This document shows, piece by piece, positions 26,284 to 32,000 of a stretch of 32,000 bases of DNA. Positions within the stretch are counted from its first letter, which is position 1; each line of letters starts with the position of its first letter. A program made the translations under genes and the position numbers. Under the pieces are notes generated by a model. The model saw only the letters and a program-made list of their open reading frames with translations, made no database searches and had not been told where the DNA came from. Source of the stretch: Syntrophorhabdaceae bacterium (lineage in GTDB: Bacteria > Desulfobacterota > Syntrophorhabdia > Syntrophorhabdales > Syntrophorhabdaceae); NCBI GenBank assembly GCA_963666485.2, contig CAXXUO010000009.1:131385-163384 (forward strand). The letters are read 5' to 3'.

Positions 26284-27384
26284 TTACCGGGACGATCCGG
26301 TAATGATCCCTCCGCCGAGGACCAATTCGCCGCGGTACAGAACCACGGACTGGCCCGGTGTTATTGATTCCTGGGGTTCTTTAAAGCATAGCGCCAACGA
26401 TCCATCGTCCCGGAGGTCTGCCACGCATTGCGCCGGAGGCGCGGTTGACCGGATCTTCGCATGAATTACACCATCCGGCCATTCGGGGAAAGGTACTAAC
26501 CAATTGACATTTTCTGCAACAAGCCCGCGGCTCATCAATTCCTCTTTCGGCCCCGCAACGATCTCATTCCCGGCGGCATCGATACGGATCACGTAATAGG
26601 GCTCTTTGAGCCCGGCAAGGCCGAGTGCCCGGCGCTGGCCTATCGTGTAGAATGCAACGCCGCGATGCTTCCCGATGATCTTGCCCGCCGTGTCGACTAT
26701 GTTGCCTGCCCGGGGCGTTTCTTTCAGCAAAGGGGTGTAGTCTGTGAATTCAAGGAAATCCTGACTTTCTCTTTTTTCGAGATACTCCCCGAAACCCGCT
26801 TCGAGCGCGAGCGCCTTCACATCCTGTTTGCTAAATTCACCAAGAGGAAATAGAACCTGTGAAAGCTGGTCCTGCGACAGACGATAAAGAAAATACGACT
26901 GGTCCTTGGACTTGTCGGTCCCGCGCAAAAGGGTATACCGGCCCAATGCGGCATCGCGTCTGACGCGGGCATAATGGCCCGTCGCAAACAGGTCGAAAGG
27001 AATACCGCTTGTCCGCGCTTTTTCGATGAGAGAACCAAATTTTACCCGTGAATTACAAACAACACAGGGATTGGGCGTTCTCCCGTCTGTGTACTCGGCG
27101 CTGAAATAATCGAGGACGACACTGTCATACTCTGCACAGAGATCTACGACAAAATGTTCGATGCCGAGCCCGGCCGCCGCTTTTTTCGCATCTTCAATAT
27201 CAGATGCTTCGCCGGGACCGTAACATCCGCTGCGTACCGGATCGCAGGCCATGGAGCCGTCCCATATCTTCATCGTCAGGCCAATGATGTCATACCCTTT
27301 TTCCTTGAGGAGGTATGCCGTTACCGTCGAATCGATGCCGCCGCTCATGCCCACGGCGACCCTTTTACCCGAGGTCATCATCAT
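26284..27384 (-). CDS. mnmA: tRNA 2-thiouridine(34) synthase MnmA
   Basis: PP-loop VAVGMSGGIDS, catalytic cysteines (NPCVVCN and the later Cys), ATGHYAR and DQSYFLY motifs. 366 aa. Confidence 0.92.
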   Translation of the reverse strand: MMMTSGKRVAVGMSGGIDSTVTAYLLKEKGYDIIGLTMKIWDGSMACDPVRSGCYGPGEASDIEDAKKAAAGLGIEHFVVDLCAEYDSVVLDYFSAEYTDGRTPNPCVVCNSRVKFGSLIEKARTSGIPFDLFATGHYARVRRDAALGRYTLLRGTDKSKDQSYFLYRLSQDQLSQVLFPLGEFSKQDVKALALEAGFGEYLEKRESQDFLEFTDYTPLLKETPRAGNIVDTAGKIIGKHRGVAFYTIGQRRALGLAGLKEPYYVIRIDAAGNEIVAGPKEELMSRGLVAENVNWLVPFPEWPDGVIHAKIRSTAPPAQCVADLRDDGSLALCFKEPQESITPGQSVVLYRGELVLGGGIITGSSR

Positions 27385-28201
27385 TCCCGTTCAGCGGAGC
27401 GTTCATGCTGCCTGTCCGGTATCCCTTGAGGTCGAGAGACACATACGTAAAGCCGAAACCAGCGAGTTTATCGGCTATGTCATTTCTGTATTCGAGGACG
27501 GTCGGCAGGTCGTTCGGCTCAACCTCGATGCGGGCCGTGTTTCCCTCGTGCCGGACACGTACCTGTGATATCCCCAGGCTCCTGATGAATGCCTCGGAAA
27601 GCTCTACCCTCTTCAACCGGTCAGCTGTGATTGCGGTACCGTACGGAATCCGCGACGCGAGGCACGCCTGGGCGGGCTTGTTGTGGGTGGGAAGTCCGAG
27701 TTCCTCCGACAGCCGCCTGACATCATTTTTCGACAACCCGGCTTCGAGGAGCGGGCTTTGAACGCCGGCTTCGAGACACGCCTTCCTTCCGGGCCGGAAG
27801 TCCTCGAGATCATCGACATTGGAGCCTTCAAGGATATGGGTAAAGCCCTCTTTCGTGATGACGTCCCGTATGGTCTTGAACAGTTCCGTCTTGCAGTGAT
27901 AGCAGCGGTCGGGGTTATTCGCGATATAAGCGGGGTTGTCCATTTCGACACCGTTGACCACGAGAAGGCGTGCCCCGAACGACCGGGCCAACGCCAGTGC
28001 CTCGTTCTTTTCCGCCTCAGGGTATGAAGGCGAAACCGCGGCAACGGCAACGACGTTCTCGCCTCCCAGGCAATCAAGGCTCGCCTTCAGCAGGAAGGTG
28101 CTGTCGACCCCGCCGGAAAACGCAACGGCCGCTTTTCCCAGGGACCTTATGATCCCCTGTAATTTCTCATATCGTGTATGTAATCCCTTTTCATCAGGCA
28201 T
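27365..28201 (-). CDS. LarE-like PP-loop ATP-dependent sulfur transferase (TIGR00268-type)
   Basis: PP-loop AFSGGVDS. CYHCK (CxxC) plus ACLASRIPYG. About 278 aa. The mnmA start overlaps its stop by 20 nt. No larA, larB or larC in the window. Confidence 0.8.
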   Translation of the reverse strand: MPDEKGLHTRYEKLQGIIRSLGKAAVAFSGGVDSTFLLKASLDCLGGENVVAVAAVSPSYPEAEKNEALALARSFGARLLVVNGVEMDNPAYIANNPDRCYHCKTELFKTIRDVITKEGFTHILEGSNVDDLEDFRPGRKACLEAGVQSPLLEAGLSKNDVRRLSEELGLPTHNKPAQACLASRIPYGTAITADRLKRVELSEAFIRSLGISQVRVRHEGNTARIEVEPNDLPTVLEYRNDIADKLAGFGFTYVSLDLKGYRTGSMNAPLNGNDDDLG

Positions 28202-28325
28202 GACAAATATTTATCTCCTCGCGAGGCACATCACAACGAGGAAGATATCACAAACAGCGTCCCCATACAAATCGGGACGCCGTTCTCTATCTCCTTACTC
28301 CTTACTCCTCACTATCCCCATTCGC

Positions 28326-29321
28326 TCATATAGGAATATCGGACGCCCCCGCGGATTCGAGCCCGCCAAGGATCCCTTCGAAAAGGGCGGTGGACAGGTA
28401 GCGCTCACCGGCATCCGGCAGGACGACGACGATCCTTTTCCCGGCATTTTCGCGTTCATTGGCGAGCTTCACTGCCACGTGCGCGGCGGCCCCGCATGAT
28501 ATGCCGCTCAATATGCCTTCCTCCCGGGAAAGGCGGCGGGCCATCTCTATGGCTTCTTCGTTGCTCACCGTCTCGATGCGGTCGACAAGGGAGAGGTCGA
28601 GGACCTTCGGCACAAAGCCCGCCCCGATACCCTGGATCTTGTGAGGCCCGGGCTTTAATTCCTCACCATTCCTGGTCTGGGTCAAAATGGGAGAATGTAT
28701 CGGCTCGACTGCAACAGACATGATCTTTTTGCCCCTGGTCAGCTTAAAATACCTGCTGACCCCTGTAATCGTTCCGCCGGTCCCCACGCCGGAAACGAAA
28801 GTGTCCATATCCCCGTCCGTGTCGTTCCACAGTTCAACGGCGGTTGTCGCCTCATGAATGGCCGGGTTTGCGGGGTTCTCGAACTGCTGGGGAAGAAAAT
28901 AGCGCGACGGGTCGCTCTTCGCGATCTCTTCGGCCTTTGCAACAGCCCCCTTCATGCCTTTCGCACCCTCAGTAAGGATGATATTGGCACCGAGGACCCT
29001 CAACACCTTGCGCCTCTCAAGCGACATAGTCTCCGGCATCGTCAGGGTAACCTTATAGCCCCGCGCTGCACCCACGAATGCGAGGGCGATCCCCGTATTA
29101 CCCGATGTCGGCTCGATTATCTCCATGCCCGGTTTCAACCTTCCGCTCTTTTCCGCATCCCACACCATGGCTGCGCCTATCCTGCATTTCACGGAATAGG
29201 AAGGATTTCTCCCTTCCACCTTGGCGAGGACAACAGCCCTTGCATTGCCGACAACTTTATTCAGCCTGACAAGCGGTGTCCTGCCAATCGAAAACGAATT
29301 ATCGTCAAATATATTTCCCAT
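28326..29321 (-). CDS. cysK: Cysteine synthase A (O-acetylserine sulfhydrylase)
   Basis: IGRTPLVRL, the PLP-lysine context [21 protein letters not shown], and GTGGTITG. Confidence 0.92.
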   Translation of the reverse strand: MGNIFDDNSFSIGRTPLVRLNKVVGNARAVVLAKVEGRNPSYSVKCRIGAAMVWDAEKSGRLKPGMEIIEPTSGNTGIALAFVGAARGYKVTLTMPETMSLERRKVLRVLGANIILTEGAKGMKGAVAKAEEIAKSDPSRYFLPQQFENPANPAIHEATTAVELWNDTDGDMDTFVSGVGTGGTITGVSRYFKLTRGKKIMSVAVEPIHSPILTQTRNGEELKPGPHKIQGIGAGFVPKVLDLSLVDRIETVSNEEAIEMARRLSREEGILSGISCGAAAHVAVKLANERENAGKRIVVVLPDAGERYLSTALFEGILGGLESAGASDIPI

Positions 29322-29419
29322 AACACTCCCTCCTTCAAGGCCCTTGCCCGGGAATCGTTTTGAATTCCTACCTAAATGATAGGATTAGTATAAAAAAGAC
29401 TTCTGCCGATGTCAATAAC

Positions 29420-29591
29420 ATAATACAGGCAATGGGCGATAGGCTATGGGCAATGGGGAAGCGGCAATGAACCCGAGTCCATCCTATCGCCTATCGCCCA
29501 TTGCCTATCGCCCATCGCCTATCGCCCATCGCCTATCGCCCATCGCCTATCGCCCATTGCCTATCGCCTATCGCCCAATTCCCTGTATTAT
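29420..29591. repeat. Inverted tandem-heptamer element (CCTATCG/CCCATCG family), 6 + 14 units, with 10-bp unique outer inverted repeat
   Basis: - Outer inverted repeat: ataatacagg (29420-29429) and cctgtattat (29582-29591).
- Left array 29428-29469: six 7-mers (ggcaatg ggcgata ggctatg ggcaatg gggaagc ggcaatg).
- Loop: aacccgagtccat.
- Right array 29483-29580: fourteen 7-mers alternating cctatcg / cccatcg / cccattg, the reverse complement of the left units. Confidence 0.9.
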
Positions 29592-29595
29592 TCAT

Positions 29596-29624
29596 TTGAC
29601 CCGACCGCTCATTAGTGATAGTTT
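29596..29624 (+). promoter_or_regulatory. Candidate promoter for DUF3617-ilvE
   Basis: TTGACC (29596-29601), a 17-nt spacer, then an extended -10 TGaTAGTTT (29616-29624). It lies about 40 nt upstream of the GGAGGAGG Shine-Dalgarno sequence and ATG 29667. Confidence 0.35.
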
Positions 29625-29666
29625 TTTTTACCGGCAAATCTCAGCGACAACTTTGGAGGAGGATGT

Positions 29667-30113
29667 ATGAAGGCAACTATCTTTGCAGTTTTGGCTATGG
29701 TTCTTGCCCTGGCATGGTGCGGGGGAACGCAGGCCGCGGACCTCAATATGAAAGATGGCCTGTGGGAGATCACGACGAAGACGGAGATAAAAGGGATGCC
29801 GGGAAATGTCCCGCCTACAAAGATGAAGCAGTGCATGACACAAAAGGATAATGTCCCGCAGCAGCAACCGGGTGAGAAGGGCAAGAACCCGAACTGCAAG
29901 ATGACGGAGAACAAGGTCAGCGGCAATACGGTAACATGGACCATGGTCTGCAATGAAAAGGACGGGACTATGGAAAACAAGGGCCAGACGACTTACAAGG
30001 GCGACACATTTGACGGGACGTCGGTCCTGACGATGAAAGATAAAAGCGGGAAGACCCAGCAGATCACGAGCAAAATGAGCGGCAAACGCCTTGGGCCCTG
30101 CGACAAGAAATAA
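29667..30113 (+). CDS. DUF3617-like secreted protein
   Basis: Signal peptide MKATIFAVLAMVLALAWCGGTQA. The G.WE.T......G......C.T......C......G.T....C...G......G...Y.GD.F.G.......G......GKR.G.C pattern matches my memory of DUF3617. Strong GGAGGAGG Shine-Dalgarno sequence. Confidence 0.7.
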   Translation: MKATIFAVLAMVLALAWCGGTQAADLNMKDGLWEITTKTEIKGMPGNVPPTKMKQCMTQKDNVPQQQPGEKGKNPNCKMTENKVSGNTVTWTMVCNEKDGTMENKGQTTYKGDTFDGTSVLTMKDKSGKTQQITSKMSGKRLGPCDKK

Positions 30114-31195
30114 TGCCCGAATCGAGGACCACTGTGAAGATCAAAACGAAGCTCAGCAAGAAAACCAGGATACACGAGGTCGACTTCGACAACCTTGAAT
30201 TCGGGGTCGATTTCTCCGACCATATGTACTATGTCGATTATAGCGACGGCGCGTGGAAAGAGCCCCGCATTGAGCCGTACGGGCCGATGAAGATGTACCC
30301 GGCGCTCTCGACGCTGCATTACGGGCAGGCCGTCTTCGAAGGCCTCAAGGCATTCCTCGGGATCGACGGGAAGATACGCCTGTTCCGTGCCGACAAGAAC
30401 CATGAACGGTACAACATGTCCTGCGAGCGCATGTGCATCCCGACCTTATCCTGGGAGTTGTGGTTCGAGGGCATGAAAAAACTGATAGAAATAGACAAGG
30501 AGTGGATACCGAAGAAGCGCGGGTGTTCCCTGTATATCAGGCCCTTTATATTCGCGACCGATAACTTTCTCGGCGTCAGGGTCTCCTATTCATACCGCTT
30601 CATGATCATAACATCGCCGGTCGGGGCCTACTACAAGGAAGGCTTGAACCCCGTGAAGCTCATTACGTCAGGGGAGTTCGTCCGCGCCGTCAAGGGAGGC
30701 CTCGGTGCCGTAAAGACGCCCGCCAATTATGCAGCATCCCTGTATCCCGGTGAGGTCGCTAAGAAAAAAGGGTTTACGCAGGTCCTCTGGCTCGACGGGA
30801 TCGAGAACCGCTGTATCGAAGAGGTCGGGACAATGAACATCATGTTCGTCCTCGACGGCACGATCGTCACGCCTCCCCTCGAAGGATCGATCCTGCCGGG
30901 CGTTACCCGGAACTCCGTCATATCGCTCGCCAAGCACTGGGGGATCCCCGTCGAGGAGCGCAAGATCACGATCGACGAGGTCATGGCCGAGGCCAAGACC
31001 GGCCGTCTCCAGGAAGTGTTCGGCACCGGAACGGCAGCGGTTATCTCGCCTGTTGGCTGGATACAGCATGAGAATGACATGGTCACGATCCATAACGGCG
31101 AGATAGGGCCGCTATCACAGAAACTGTACGATGAGATCACGGGGATGCAGTATGGTGAAAAGGCGGATCCGTTCGGGTGGTGTATAACGTTATAA
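30113..31195 (+). CDS. ilvE: Branched-chain amino acid aminotransferase (long form, class IV)
   Basis: FGVDFSDHMY...YGPMKMYPALSTLHYGQAVFEGLKAF...LYIRPF...EVGTMNIMFV...LPGVTRNS. TAATG overlap with the upstream stop. Confidence 0.92.
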   Translation: MPESRTTVKIKTKLSKKTRIHEVDFDNLEFGVDFSDHMYYVDYSDGAWKEPRIEPYGPMKMYPALSTLHYGQAVFEGLKAFLGIDGKIRLFRADKNHERYNMSCERMCIPTLSWELWFEGMKKLIEIDKEWIPKKRGCSLYIRPFIFATDNFLGVRVSYSYRFMIITSPVGAYYKEGLNPVKLITSGEFVRAVKGGLGAVKTPANYAASLYPGEVAKKKGFTQVLWLDGIENRCIEEVGTMNIMFVLDGTIVTPPLEGSILPGVTRNSVISLAKHWGIPVEERKITIDEVMAEAKTGRLQEVFGTGTAAVISPVGWIQHENDMVTIHNGEIGPLSQKLYDEITGMQYGEKADPFGWCITL

Positions 31196-31197
31196 AG

Positions 31198-31309
31198 ACG
31201 GCTAACGGCGTACGGCGTACGGCTAACGGTAAAAAACAAAAAAAAACCCTTCCGGTAATACTTCGGAAGGGTTTTTCCGTTAGCCGTTAGCCGTTAGCCG
31301 TTAGCCGTT
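31198..31309. repeat. Inverted tandem-heptamer element (ACGGCTA/CCGTTAG family) enclosing a terminator hairpin
   Basis: Left array 31198-31229: acggcta acggcgt acggcgt acggcta acgg. Right array 31277-31309: ccgttag x4 + ccgtt, the reverse complement of acggcta. The last unit contains the stop codon of the minus-strand gene (31301-31303). Confidence 0.85.
31231..31276. terminator. Bidirectional intrinsic terminator between ilvE and the rubrerythrin-like gene
   Basis: A-run 31231-31246, stem cccttccg (31247-31254), 9-nt loop, stem cggaaggg (31264-31271), T5 run 31272-31276. The hairpin is flanked by U-runs on both transcript strands. Confidence 0.75.
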
Positions 31310-31783
31310 CTTAAATTTCTTTTCCATTTCGGCCAGCTTCATGAAGTGCTTGCGCTCTTCTTCTATGATCTTGTCTATTTCGGCGTAGTGCTTCTTATCA
31401 ATAAATTCTTTGGCCTCGTGATAATAGAGGATCGAATCGACCTCGCGGCTCATGGCAAAACGTATTGCGCTGAGGGTGTCGAGGTTCCCGGACATGGCTT
31501 GGTCTTTTTCCTTCTTCGTAAACACAACTTTACCGTCGATATGATCTCTCAGGTACGCCGCATACTCACCATGATAGCTTTCAGCGGGCGGGTTCACATC
31601 GATTCCCTTCAGCATTTCGGCAAAGACCGTTTTGTGCCTTGCCTCTTCGTCGGCCATGAGATTGAAGAAATCTCTCACCTCTTTCGTCTCGGCATTGAGT
31701 GCGGCCTTGTGATAGAACATCTCACCATCTTCCTCGATGCGCATTGCAAATTGAAGAATATCACCGGTGTTAAAAATACTCAT
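31301..31783 (-). CDS. Rubrerythrin/ferritin-like diiron protein
   Basis: Two E...ExxH half-sites (EEDGE...EEARH and SREVD...EEERKH), about 160 aa, helical. The ATG at 31783 is preceded by GAAGGAGG; the track start at 31798 is a TTG. Confidence 0.75.
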   Translation of the reverse strand: MSIFNTGDILQFAMRIEEDGEMFYHKAALNAETKEVRDFFNLMADEEARHKTVFAEMLKGIDVNPPAESYHGEYAAYLRDHIDGKVVFTKKEKDQAMSGNLDTLSAIRFAMSREVDSILYYHEAKEFIDKKHYAEIDKIIEEERKHFMKLAEMEKKFKNG

Positions 31784-32000
31784 AACGTCCTCCTTCAAGG
31801 GGTTTGCCTATCGTCAAGCCCGGCCGGCATGACACAAACTACTAAATAATAGTACCGGGCATTACAATTGGCAATGGGTTGTATGACAAGTTTCTTTCGG
31901 AACCCGTTATTTCTCTGCCGACCCCCATTTTTTCAGGGAAAAACCCGACAATGTCTCATAAACCACGTAGCTGCCGTACCGGGCGAGATCGCCTGTGTTG

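Noticed and set aside
28291-28312. Three tandem heptamers (ctcctta ctcctta ctcctca) just downstream of the cysK stop
   Set aside because: It has only about three units and no complementary partner array in the 28202-28325 gap. It may be a degenerate relative of the inverted-heptamer elements, but it is too short to call. The nearby small hairpins (28211-28246 with one bulge; gcgtccc/gggacgc at 28258-28280) are also unconvincing as terminators.
29428-29580. Considered whether the tandem arrays (here and at 318-431, 5489-5574, 31198-31309) could be CRISPR arrays
   Set aside because: The period is 7 bp with no unique spacers, no cas genes are present, and the arrays occur as inverted pairs. They are not CRISPR.
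29446-29670. 74-aa ORF on the plus strand (MGNGEAAMNPSPSYRLSPIAYRPSPIAHRLSPIAYRPLPIAYRP...)
   Set aside because: The peptide is just the translation of the tandem 7-mer array, which gives a 7-aa periodic low-complexity sequence. It has no Shine-Dalgarno sequence and runs into the real DUF3617 start. I treated it as a repeat artefact, not a CDS.
31907-32000. Possible 3' end of a minus-strand CDS running off the right edge (NTGDLARYGSYVVYETLSGFSLKKWGSAEK-stop)
   Set aside because: Only 30 codons are visible and there is no recognisable motif, so I cannot support it from the sequence alone.

Overview
The window is about 95% coding, with roughly 34 genes plus several structured intergenic repeats. 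I saw no rRNA, tRNA, CRISPR array, transposase or integrase. Gene content suggests an anaerobic Desulfobacterota- or Nitrospirota-like genome, but that is inference only.

Layout from left to right:
- A TPR protein fragment.
- A tightly coupled minus-strand cassette: 2-hydroxyacyl-CoA-dehydratase-like, DUF4911, tldD, PAS-GGDEF.
- A P-loop(AAA_28)-CYTH fusion.
- A long co-directional minus-strand array: rrf2, metY (frame-disrupted), metX, metW, rhodanese-ThiF/MoeB E1, a 145-aa Cys4/Gly-Gly protein, thiE, thiS, thiG, thiH.
- A divergent plus-strand operon: hydE-like, nifU, nifS, cysE (frameshifted), hgcA, hgcB (the mercury-methylation pair).
- A convergent cusCBA-type RND efflux operon led by a Met-rich FixH/YtkA-like protein.
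- cysK, larE-like, mnmA, ridA; a DUF3617 protein; ilvE; a rubrerythrin-like protein.

Main hunt results:
1. The E1 gene carries an in-frame TGA exactly at the conserved catalytic Cys. A SECIS-like hairpin follows, then 80 more homologous codons. It is probably a selenoprotein that the ORF track truncates.
2. The next gene encodes an unrecognised 145-aa protein with an N-terminal four-Cys cluster and a free C-terminal Gly-Gly. It is a candidate new ubiquitin-like sulfur carrier. With metYXW upstream and thiESGH downstream, this suggests a protein-thiocarboxylate relay built around a Sec-containing E1.
3. hgcAB is appended to an Fe-S/cysteine operon under a palindromic divergent promoter shared with rrf2.
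4. Intergenic elements built from inverted arrays of tandem 7-mers recur at five loci.
5. metY and cysE are frame-disrupted at short base runs. metY has three +1 insertions within 180 bp that together restore the frame.
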